A DNA stretch of 32,000 nt from Bacillus subtilis subsp. subtilis str. 168 (GTDB lineage: Bacteria > Bacillota > Bacilli > Bacillales > Bacillaceae). A program made the translations under genes and the position numbers. Where the stretch lies: assembly GCF_000009045.1 (NCBI RefSeq), contig NC_000964.3, positions 2,040,001-2,072,000 of the forward strand, given 5' to 3'. Every line of letters starts with the position of its first letter. Positions within the stretch are counted from its first letter, which is position 1. Of the stretch, positions 23,385-31,753 are shown in pieces. Below the pieces are notes generated by a model. That model did no database searches and was not told where the DNA came from. It saw only the letters and a list, made by a program, of their open reading frames with translations.

Positions 23385-23405
23385 AAAAGGTTGATTAATT
23401 AATTT

Positions 23406-23438
23406 AGCCCTACTCAAACATTTGAGTGGGCTTTTATT
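23406..23438 (+). terminator. intrinsic terminator after rapK-phrK
   Basis: AGCCC-T-ACTCAAA-ca-TTTGAGT-G-GGCTTTTATTTT. Confidence 0.85.
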
Positions 23439-24547
23439 TTATGATTTATGTCCACCGGTCAGCCCTGCTCTGTGGAGCGCAGTACCTGCAAACGTAACTG
23501 AGATACTTCTCACTGTTTTTTGCCCGAGTAAAACTTATTAAAGAACATCAAGCAACACTTATAAATATCCATCGTGATATTTGTGGGAAAATCAATTGTT
23601 TTGGATCGATGAAAACCACCGCCAAGCTCATCTTTACTGTATCCAATTCCTAGACTTATTGTTCGACCAACTTTATTATATGTACGTGCCCTTCTTGCGA
23701 CTTCCTCACAAATCTCCAAGAGCACAGCTTTAATCTCTTCTCTCTTTGTATAATCCCTAAACAAAATCTGACTCTTACCAAAACTAATCTGCCCCTGCAT
23801 CAATGGAGCTCCTATTTCAGATAAATCAATTCCGTGAGCATGATAGTACAACTGGTTTCCCATTATTCCGAACTTCTTTTCAAGCAGCTCTAAAGGAAAT
23901 TTAGCTAACTGACCTACAGTTGATATACCCATTCGATTCAGATTTCTTTCCATCCTCCCTCCTATCCCCCACATTTTAGACAAAGGTCGAACTTTCCAGA
24001 GTCTATTTGGCACATCTTCATATCTCCAACGTGCAATACCACTCTTTGTTTTCTTACTCTCCAGGTCAAGTGCAAGCTTACTAAGCAACATATTGTCACC
24101 AATTCCAACTGTGCACATCAAACCAAATTCTCTCCACATGCTGCTTTGGATTGCTTTGGCCATTTCTTCAGGATTCTCTTTTCCTGCATCTAAAAAAGAT
24201 TAATCAATTGAATACGTGTGGACACATTTTTCAGGAACAAATCTGTAAAACAGCTTTGTAATCTCAGTTGAAACTCTGATGAAAAGCTTCATTTGTGGAT
24301 TTACAATGTATATTCTTGGATCTTCAGGTATCTCAAATAGTCTCGATCCTGTTTTGATTCCAAAATCTTTTTTAAGTGCAGGAGATGCAGCTAACACTAC
24401 ACTTCCCTGTCTATCCGTATTCCCTACAACGGCAAGATAACATGTTAAAGGATTAAGCCCCATTGCTACAGCCGATACAGAAGCATAAAAGGATTTCATA
24501 TCGACACAGAGTATATTCTCACGTGGAAATTGTGAGTAATCAGTCAT
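23439..24547 (-). pseudogene. yobH: Y-family DNA polymerase (UvrX/YqjW-like) pseudogene; frames correspond to YozK and YobH
   Basis: MTDYSQFPRENILCVDMKSFYASVSA...VHTYSID then TAA, then SFLDAGKENPEEMAKAI... in the same frame; later frameshift at GGCAAAAAACAGTG; remnant C-terminus AGTALHRAGLTGGHKS* ends at 23439. Confidence 0.85.
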
Positions 24548-24833
24548 TGTATATAACTCTTATGATGTTATTCATGTTGATATAAACTGTATTGTCGTTC
24601 TGGTCTTTTACGTGAAGCTTTTGTTGTTCAAAATTAATGTAATGTACTCTGCCGGTAACATTTTCAACAAATCCCTTGTTAAAGAGTTTGAATTTCAACT
24701 CTTTATTAAATTCCAATGCCTCAGAAACGAGAATATCCATCTCATCAATTTGTTTGTCATCTAAAGATGGCTTTTCAACTTTTGATCCATCAATCAAATC
24801 TTGTTTAAGCTGTATTAATTGTTCTAGCATCAT
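24540..24833 (-). CDS. yozL: YolD-like protein (YozL)
   Basis: 97 aa, KQDLIDGSKVEKPSLDDKQIDEMDILVSEALEFNKELKFKLFNKGFVENVTGRVHYINFEQQKLHVKD; YolD-family genes typically precede Y-family polymerase genes. Confidence 0.8.
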   Translation of the reverse strand: MMLEQLIQLKQDLIDGSKVEKPSLDDKQIDEMDILVSEALEFNKELKFKLFNKGFVENVTGRVHYINFEQQKLHVKDQNDNTVYINMNNIIRVIYND

Positions 24834-24901
24834 TGATGTCCATTGATAGTTCCTCGATCCCTAAACATATCGACTCACTCCTTGATTGATCTAATATCAA
24901 C

Positions 24902-24915
24902 AGAACAAACGTTCC
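24902..24915. promoter_or_regulatory. LexA (SOS) box-like site, imperfect
   Basis: AGAACAAACGTTCC versus B. subtilis consensus CGAACNNNNGTTCG. Confidence 0.55.
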
Positions 24916-24931
24916 TTATTCAATATAGATC

Positions 24932-24945
24932 AGAACAAAAGTTCG
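24932..24945. promoter_or_regulatory. LexA (SOS) box
   Basis: AGAACAAAAGTTCG, one mismatch to CGAACNNNNGTTCG, between divergent yozL and yozM. Confidence 0.75.
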
Positions 24946-25041
24946 ATGTAAATGTTGGTAATAAAATATAAAGGTCAATAATGATATCCGTAGTATTAAT
25001 AAAGGAGAGATTCTTTTCGACGAGGGAGAGTGTGATGGTGA

Positions 25042-25377
25042 ATGAAGAAGAGGTTAATTGGATTTTTGGTCTTAGTTCCTGCTTTGATTATGTGGGGTAT
25101 AACTTTAATCGAATCAAACAAAAAGACCCCTGTAGAAGTTTTAGAAAGTGCTTGGGATGAATTTGGGTTATTTAGTTTTGAAATTGGAATAACAGATCCG
25201 GCAATTACAATAGGCATGGATCAAACCAAAAGTGAAGCAAAACTCCGTGAATATTTAAAAGATAATCTGTCTAGAGAAGCCAAGGAAAAATATAAGATTT
25301 ATATATTCAAGGATGATACTGATAAGCTGGAGAAAGAGCATCAAGAATATTTGAAAGAAAATAATCTCAATAAGTAA
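25042..25377 (+). CDS. yozM: small membrane-anchored or exported protein (YozM)
   Basis: 111 aa, MKKRLIGFLVLVPALIMWGITLIESNKK N-terminal TM/signal. Confidence 0.75.
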   Translation: MKKRLIGFLVLVPALIMWGITLIESNKKTPVEVLESAWDEFGLFSFEIGITDPAITIGMDQTKSEAKLREYLKDNLSREAKEKYKIYIFKDDTDKLEKEHQEYLKENNLNK

Positions 25378-25423
25378 AACGCCCAGCAATTAAAACTGGA
25401 CGTTAAAAAACATTAGTTATTCT

Positions 25424-28400
25424 TTATTTTTTTTTAGTATTCACACGTAATCTCTCTCTATCTTCTTTAAAAGAGGATATGTAGTTTTTAGACTCTAATG
25501 CAGTCACCAACGCTTTATTAGTTCTATTATTTGAGATCTTTATTCGTCTGCCTTTTTCAGCAATTTCAGAGTAAGGTTCCCCTATTTTAGTTAAAAATTC
25601 AGTAATTGATTCATTATCAATATGCTTTATTTGTCCAGCTAGCAACGATAACCTAGTATCCAATGTTGTAGGTGATTCAAGCAAAAAGGTTAGTAGTTCA
25701 TTGGTGATTTTCAGGTTATGCTCATTAATAAAATAAATTGTATCTTTAAGAATATCATTATTTCCATCTGTCAAACAGTTAGAATTTAAATGTTGTACAA
25801 ATATTTCTTTGTTAAATTGAGAGAGCTCGTTGCTATCTATGAGTTGCTTTATATCATTGGCATCAAGGGAAAAATCACCTTGTTTATCAATAAACTCGTC
25901 AGGGTTTCTCAAAGCGAGTTGGATATGAAGTGTATCAAAATTTAATTTTAACTCTTTAAAATTTTCCGGTGTTAGAGATAACAAATCATTATCAATCAAT
26001 AATTTTGCTCTTTTTTCACTAACATTTCCGAGCGGAAAGTAAATCCAACTTTGAATACTAGCAATTAACACTTCGAATGTTTCGTCTGTAATATCCCGAC
26101 TATTAATGATTTCTTCTGAGATATCTTCTAAAATCGCTTCGTCAAATTTATCATCAAACGCCTCTATATTATTTTTAGAGAGCTCTTTTCTATTAACAGG
26201 ATTGTTTAAGAAAGCTATTAAGAAATCAGGCATTTTTTTATTGTATTCTACATAAGAAGTAATAACGTTTGACCAGCATGCAACCATTTTATTTTCACGG
26301 ATCACAATTGGCCATAACTCTTTAATCAATTCACCAATATCCGAGATGGCAAAAGTTTTTTTCATGATCATTGCATGCTTTACTCTCTTATCTAAATCCT
26401 CCCGATTTAATAACTCCAGAAAACTTTCCTCTGGTTCCTCAATCTCCTCAGTAAGTAAAACTTTTTCAACAAATATATCAATATTGTCATTTACGTAATT
26501 GATAACAGCCTGCTGATCAGAGTTTTTAACTGCAGCATACGTTATATTGGGAGCATCATTTAAAATAACTGATAAAGTTTTGATATTAATTTCGTATAGA
26601 TTTCGTTGAACAACAAAGTCATATATTGTTTCAGAATTTAGCAAATGATCCAAACTTTTAAATTTAACTTGGAGTTTTAATAGTAGTTCTTTTATTTTCT
26701 CCTCATCAGATACTAAGCTGAGAAGATTTAAGTACTTGGATAATGTGAAAGACATGACCGACTCTTTATTCATTCGGATAATATCAGCTATATCAGCATA
26801 TGTAAGTATATCTGACAAGTATTCCTCTTTTTTCTGTTGTGTATAATTGGATCTAAGTTCAATAAAACTCCAAAAATCATCCCATTTACTAGATATCGAT
26901 TGGATAAAGGCAGCTTTATTTATTGCCCTTTCTTTAAAACCATCTATGAATGTAACAGATTCTTTACTTCCATTTGCAAGTCGCTCAATTATGCTATCAT
27001 AATAATTACGGTATTCAGAATGATCCATTATATAGTTTAAGAGATGAAAATTAAGTACCTCTATTTGCTTAAATTCAGCACCAACTAATTTGCTCATTAT
27101 TTTACCGATATTATCCAGCTCAAAGCTGTAAGGCAATGACTCGTGGTTTTTAATACTAAATACAAATTTAATATCGGAAAGACTTAAACTTTCTGGATAG
27201 AAGTAAGTGATGTAATGGTTATACATTTCATCAATATATCCATGACGTAGCAGGTAAACAAGTAATTTTTTCTCGTAAAGCTTATCAGAAAATACATCCT
27301 TTGAATTCATTTTTGTAATTAATACTTGTAAAGATTGCGCTCTTATTTCTTGCTTTTCTCTCTCTAATTCCAATAGTTCTTTCTTGAATTTTTGGATTTC
27401 ATTTTTCTCTATAGCCTTGATGGCATCTTCTCTTTCAAAGTAGTTCGGTTTCCGACCAAAAACAGTTGCAATTTCTTTAATTGTCGCTGGACCATTTCTA
27501 TTTCTTAAATAACAATAGATAGTATCCGCATTTTTTAACTTCTCAAAAAACCGATCTTTATTAGATGTATTGCCTCTAAATACCTCGCCATCTATATTAA
27601 TATCATAATTAGAATTCAAATTTGATATTTCTAATTCGCTCAAGTATATAAAATTTAATTCAGCAATTGATTTTAAAGACTCAACTTCTATATTCGCTAA
27701 TTTCCTCTCTAATTGTTGTATTTTAGCATTAATTAATTTTATTTGTTCCTCAATTATAAGTTGTTTTTTTTGAAAGATTTCATATACCAACCCTTTGTTA
27801 TATTGTAATTTAGAAAAATCCACAGGATAAATATTTTTGTAGATTATCATTGCTAACATTTTGTTAGGATCAAGATCAATTGCACTTAGTTTTTGTTGGT
27901 ATATAACAAATTCATTAAAAATATTCTTTAATACTCTCATGTCATCAATGTAAATTGTTACATCCTCTAAGAAATGAGTGTTTATCAAATCAGAATATGG
28001 TGAATGTTTTATTTTCTTTTTAAGTATGTCTCCTGAATTAGATGCATTAATAATTGGTATTACTGGGATAATAAAATCAAAAAATTTTGTGCGGTCTCTA
28101 GTTAACTTTTCAGTGTCTGCATCTCCAAAAATATCATCTTTTATCGCATATATAAAAACAACACGTCTATCTATTTGTTCTGAATTATTTATAAGTTCAT
28201 TTAATTCTCTTAATCTTTCAAAAATACCTATATTATTAAAGCGATCTAAGTCCTCAAATATTACAACATTATACTTGGAGGCTTCAAAAAAATATAATAT
28301 TTCATCTAAATATTTATCAAATATAGAAGAGTTTTCTTCCCCTGTATTTTTTTCTAACGTTGTATTAGCAATTGTAACCTTATTCAATTTTAAGTTGGCA

Positions 28401-29038
28401 CGGACAAAATGATAAATTCTTTTATATGCGAGTAGAGGATATACTATAAAGAACAGTGCTAATAATATAGTCAGTCGTATTTGTTGCTGATCTTCAGTAC
28501 CGAGACTCCTTGAAACTAACGTCTCAGCATATATTCCTTTAAGTGCATCAGGTTTAAAAAGGTAGATGCCAACTATAATAAATGCAAAAAAGAAAATCAA
28601 ATTTATAATTATGCTCTTAGTCCTTATATGCTTAATTCTTTTAAACCTAGAAAAGGGAATGGTTCTATCGTGTACCCGGTATATCATTTGTTGCAAGATG
28701 CTTTTCTCTAACTTATTCTCCATATCATCCGTATCTGTGTTGAATGTAGCTAAGGATATATTTAAGAAACTATATTCCCTGCTGTATTGTTTTTGAAAGG
28801 TATTTAATATGCTACTTTTTCCAGACCCGTAGGGACCAGTTAGGGCGATATTTTTCACTTTTTTATTTTCTAACCCCCAACTTAGTGCTTTAGAATATTT
28901 TCCATCAGTGTCGACATCATTGCTAGGAGAAAGATCTTCAAAAAGGCTTTCTTCCTTAACATTAGGTTCTTTTAGTCTAATCAGAAGTTTCTCTAACCAC
29001 TGCACAAATTTTTTTTTGATTTCCCCCAAAAAAAACAA
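25424..29038 (-). CDS. yobI: YobI, large membrane-associated P-loop NTPase
   Basis: 1204 aa; Walker A NIALTGPYGSGKSSIL, two adjacent TM segments (IIINLIFFFAFIIVGIYLF; LTILLALFFIVYPLLAY), Walker B YNVVIFEDLDRF, then a long helical region. Start codon uncertain. Confidence 0.88.
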   Translation of the reverse strand: MFFLGEIKKKFVQWLEKLLIRLKEPNVKEESLFEDLSPSNDVDTDGKYSKALSWGLENKKVKNIALTGPYGSGKSSILNTFQKQYSREYSFLNISLATFNTDTDDMENKLEKSILQQMIYRVHDRTIPFSRFKRIKHIRTKSIIINLIFFFAFIIVGIYLFKPDALKGIYAETLVSRSLGTEDQQQIRLTILLALFFIVYPLLAYKRIYHFVRANLKLNKVTIANTTLEKNTGEENSSIFDKYLDEILYFFEASKYNVVIFEDLDRFNNIGIFERLRELNELINNSEQIDRRVVFIYAIKDDIFGDADTEKLTRDRTKFFDFIIPVIPIINASNSGDILKKKIKHSPYSDLINTHFLEDVTIYIDDMRVLKNIFNEFVIYQQKLSAIDLDPNKMLAMIIYKNIYPVDFSKLQYNKGLVYEIFQKKQLIIEEQIKLINAKIQQLERKLANIEVESLKSIAELNFIYLSELEISNLNSNYDINIDGEVFRGNTSNKDRFFEKLKNADTIYCYLRNRNGPATIKEIATVFGRKPNYFEREDAIKAIEKNEIQKFKKELLELEREKQEIRAQSLQVLITKMNSKDVFSDKLYEKKLLVYLLRHGYIDEMYNHYITYFYPESLSLSDIKFVFSIKNHESLPYSFELDNIGKIMSKLVGAEFKQIEVLNFHLLNYIMDHSEYRNYYDSIIERLANGSKESVTFIDGFKERAINKAAFIQSISSKWDDFWSFIELRSNYTQQKKEEYLSDILTYADIADIIRMNKESVMSFTLSKYLNLLSLVSDEEKIKELLLKLQVKFKSLDHLLNSETIYDFVVQRNLYEINIKTLSVILNDAPNITYAAVKNSDQQAVINYVNDNIDIFVEKVLLTEEIEEPEESFLELLNREDLDKRVKHAMIMKKTFAISDIGELIKELWPIVIRENKMVACWSNVITSYVEYNKKMPDFLIAFLNNPVNRKELSKNNIEAFDDKFDEAILEDISEEIINSRDITDETFEVLIASIQSWIYFPLGNVSEKRAKLLIDNDLLSLTPENFKELKLNFDTLHIQLALRNPDEFIDKQGDFSLDANDIKQLIDSNELSQFNKEIFVQHLNSNCLTDGNNDILKDTIYFINEHNLKITNELLTFLLESPTTLDTRLSLLAGQIKHIDNESITEFLTKIGEPYSEIAEKGRRIKISNNRTNKALVTALESKNYISSFKEDRERLRVNTKKK

Positions 29039-29261
29039 ATCCTTTCTAAACTTTCAGGTGTAATACGAATTAATAAAACTGGAGCAAAGAACTAAATAAA
29101 TGAGTATGTAGCAATGACAAATCATTTCTCTTCCATCTAATATAGTCCTTTATCGCCAGTTGAAATTCACTATTAATTGTAACATGAAAGGGCATTAAAA
29201 GTTTCTGAAAAAAAGATGATCAATAAACAACACAGCGCCCAATTACAGGACTGTTTCATAT

Positions 29262-29561
29262 TTAAATTGAATTTTTATAAGCATTAATTGCTTCATTTCG
29301 CAGCAGCATATTATCTTTGTTAACCATGCCTAAGTTGTAAGCTTTTTTGATAATATCTAATACCTGAGAATCTAACGCCGAAAGATTACCGCCTGGATTA
29401 AATCTTGATTTCCAATAATCTAAAGAATTATTTAGGTCAAGTGAGCTTTTTTTGTTCTCGGGTTTAACTACTTCATTTTTCTCAAGTGTTTCACAGAATT
29501 CACTAAAACCAATGGATCTACTGGGAGCTGAGTTATTTCCCCCGTATCCTTCTGTAGCCAA
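29262..29561 (-). CDS. orphan ORF, possible 5'-truncated gene
   Basis: TTG-start frame; upstream in-frame codons also read protein-like (SDLIYDPKFLAFCSLATEGYGGNNSAPS...) back to a TGA. Confidence 0.4.
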   Translation of the reverse strand: MATEGYGGNNSAPSRSIGFSEFCETLEKNEVVKPENKKSSLDLNNSLDYWKSRFNPGGNLSALDSQVLDIIKKAYNLGMVNKDNMLLRNEAINAYKNSI

Positions 29562-29784
29562 GCTGCAAAATGCTAAGAATTTTGGATCATAAATAAGATC
29601 GCTTCAGTTTACATTTACCACTGATAATCACAATCCTCTCAAAGCTTTTTATAATTGTAGCACCTTTTCCATTTTTACACATATTAAATATCGACAATCA
29701 TTCAAATGATTTAATAATTGAATACAAAAAAGAACCTGCATTTTGCAAGTTCCTTTCACGTTGTCAATATATTGTGAATTTTTA

Positions 29785-29813
29785 ACGACAAGGGCATTTA
29801 TGTATAGTATGAT
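29785..29813 (+). promoter_or_regulatory. putative sigma-A promoter of bsrE
   Basis: acGACA (29785-29790), 17-nt spacer, TATGAT (29808-29813). Confidence 0.55.
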
Positions 29814-29882
29814 ATTTCCTGTACAGTAAGTTTTGCTCACTCGAGGGAGTCTTGCTCATCCCCTAATGAAAGGGGTGATGCT

Positions 29883-29975
29883 ATGTCAACATTCCAGGCA
29901 TTAATGCTAATGCTTGCAATCGGGTCGTTTATAATCGCCCTATTGACGTATATAGAAAAAATAGACCTCCCTTGA
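29883..29975 (+). CDS. bsrE: BsrE type I toxin, 30 aa hydrophobic peptide
   Basis: MSTFQALMLMLAIGSFIIALLTYIEKIDLP; AAAGGGGTG RBS; long structured 3' UTR. Not in the ORF track. Confidence 0.92.
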   Translation: MSTFQALMLMLAIGSFIIALLTYIEKIDLP

Positions 29976-30135
29976 GCCTCAGAACCTGAAGGGATAGGCC
30001 TACCTAGAACCACATCGAGCAAGCCCTTTGATGGGCAACTTTTTGTACAGAGCCGGGGTGTTGGTAGCACCTCGGTCTTTTTTATTTTATGCATTTCTCA
30101 TTAAAGAAATGCACTGTAATGTATTGTAAAACTGA
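29970..30135 (-). ncRNA. expected location of the antisense antitoxin RNA of bsrE (SR5), boundaries not determined
   Basis: Placed from known architecture (convergent, overlapping the 3' end of bsrE); TATAAT-like hexamer on the minus strand near 30138-30143 without a clear -35. Confidence 0.4.
30050..30087 (+). terminator. terminator of bsrE RNA
   Basis: GAGCCGGGGTG-TTGGTAG-CACCTCGGTC followed by TTTTTTATTTT. Confidence 0.8.
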
Positions 30136-30243
30136 TTATAACACATTTTCCGTGAAATGCATTACAATAAACCTCAAGAGACTTGGAAAGCTTTTTTATT
30201 GTTTCTTGTAACGTTATAATGATCTAAAATAGCGCACAAGCCT

Positions 30244-31086
30244 TTATACATCTTCATCATTTCTTACTCTTCTAGCTCGTCTTTCAACATTCCAATTCCC
30301 AATCTTTCCCCAGACATTCTTGTTAGTCCATTTCCCTAGCTTAGTTTTATCAAACCATTCCTGAAACAAAGATATTTCATCTTTCCTTTGCATTGTATCT
30401 TTTAAAAGGAAATAATGTATTATCCAAAAGATATAAAGAGCTGAACAAGAAAGTCCAAAAATAAGTTTATTTACCTCTAACCAATTTCCTAAAACTTGTT
30501 CGCCTAAATATTTATCATATAGAAGGGGTATAAAAGCAAATGCTGAAGCACCGACAAAAAAAGCTAGAGTTTCTTTAAACCATCTAACAAAAACAAAAAC
30601 AGCGCTTAAAATATAATTCGTTCTAAAAAGAACTTTATACCAATTATAATTCTTGTTTAGAGTAACAAATATACTTCTATATTCTTTATTAACTGCTTGA
30701 TCTAACATTCTCATTTTATAAAATAATTTTTTCCTATTCTCGCTGTTCTTGTTTAAAATATACTCTCTGAAACAATCTTCTGTATTCAAAATTTGATCTA
30801 TCAATAAGATGTTTCTAAGTTTTGATAGCTTCCCCTTTTTCCCACTATATTCTTCGAAAAATTTTTCTATAAGGACCATTTTATGGTTTTCATCTTCTTC
30901 ATTCTTTATTTCTTTTAGGGAATAATACATAGGCTCTAAAATTTTTTCTAATGTTTCACCTGATTGAGAGTAGAATCGTTCTATACTTTTTTGTCTTTGA
31001 TTGAATAGCAATGCAACTATACCCGTAATTACTGCAGTAAGAATACCATTTTGTTGTATCCAATTCCAAATATCTAATAACTCCAA
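30244..31086 (-). CDS. yobJ: YobJ membrane protein
   Basis: 280 aa; N-terminal TM NGILTAVITGIVALLF and C-terminal TM pair (TLAFFVGASAFAFIPLLY; LIFGLSCSALYIFWIIHYFLL). Confidence 0.8.
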   Translation of the reverse strand: MELLDIWNWIQQNGILTAVITGIVALLFNQRQKSIERFYSQSGETLEKILEPMYYSLKEIKNEEDENHKMVLIEKFFEEYSGKKGKLSKLRNILLIDQILNTEDCFREYILNKNSENRKKLFYKMRMLDQAVNKEYRSIFVTLNKNYNWYKVLFRTNYILSAVFVFVRWFKETLAFFVGASAFAFIPLLYDKYLGEQVLGNWLEVNKLIFGLSCSALYIFWIIHYFLLKDTMQRKDEISLFQEWFDKTKLGKWTNKNVWGKIGNWNVERRARRVRNDEDV

Positions 31087-31285
31087 TTAAGCTTCTCCCC
31101 TTCTCTCTGAATTTACTTTTAATACGGGCTAAAATAAAAAAGGTTTCATATAAAACGGGACTAGAAAACTTCTGTCACTTTAATTATTTAATCCAATAAA
31201 ATAAGCTCTCATTGCGAGAGCTTATTTTATTTAGATTGAGGATGTGCAACTCAAGCCTTCTATTGCGCTATAGCAATACTTTTGC

Positions 31286-31744
31286 TTAATCGTCCCAGTC
31301 TTCATCCTCATCCCAGTCATCTTTCGCTTCCTGAATCTTATTATAAAAAAATTCAATAAAGCTGTCTGCAACAGTATCTTGATAACCAATTACCCTATCC
31401 CATTCAACTACAGGGCATTCTCCGTCTTTCATTTTATTTGTATCTAGACAGTAAGCAAAGTAATCAACATCTTCAATAACCACAAGTCCATCAGTAAGGC
31501 CATAGTGTTCTTTATATTCATTAGTTCTATTTACAACTGATGCATGATCAAAGTTGTAGCCTAAAACCAAAACGCCGAATAAACCACCAGCACCGTATTT
31601 TTCTAAAAACCATTTATAACTGTTGGGGAGATCGCATTGGAGGTTTTCTTCAATGCGACCAATGTTTTCATGACTTGCACCTTCTGTAAATATAGCATTT
31701 TGTTTATTTTCATTAATAAAGTTCTCAACCTTCGAATAAATCAT
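31286..31744 (-). CDS. yobK: SMI1/KNR4-family immunity protein (YobK), antitoxin of YobL
   Basis: 152 aa; [30 protein letters not shown]...VLGY is a SMI1/KNR4 core; immediately downstream of the toxin gene. Confidence 0.9.
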
Positions 31745-31753
31745 ATAAACACC

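Noticed and set aside
23510-24547. Split Y-family polymerase as a novel two-polypeptide enzyme or stop-codon readthrough system
   Set aside because: The catalytic Glu codon is the stop, and there are an additional frameshift and a C-terminal deletion. Decay is the simpler explanation.
27978-28412. 144-aa plus-strand ORF within yobI
   Set aside because: Antisense to the strongly supported Walker B region of YobI.
29837-30094. 85-aa minus-strand ORF across bsrE
   Set aside because: It is the antisense shadow of the BsrE ORF and the terminator region. The real product is the 30-aa plus-strand toxin.
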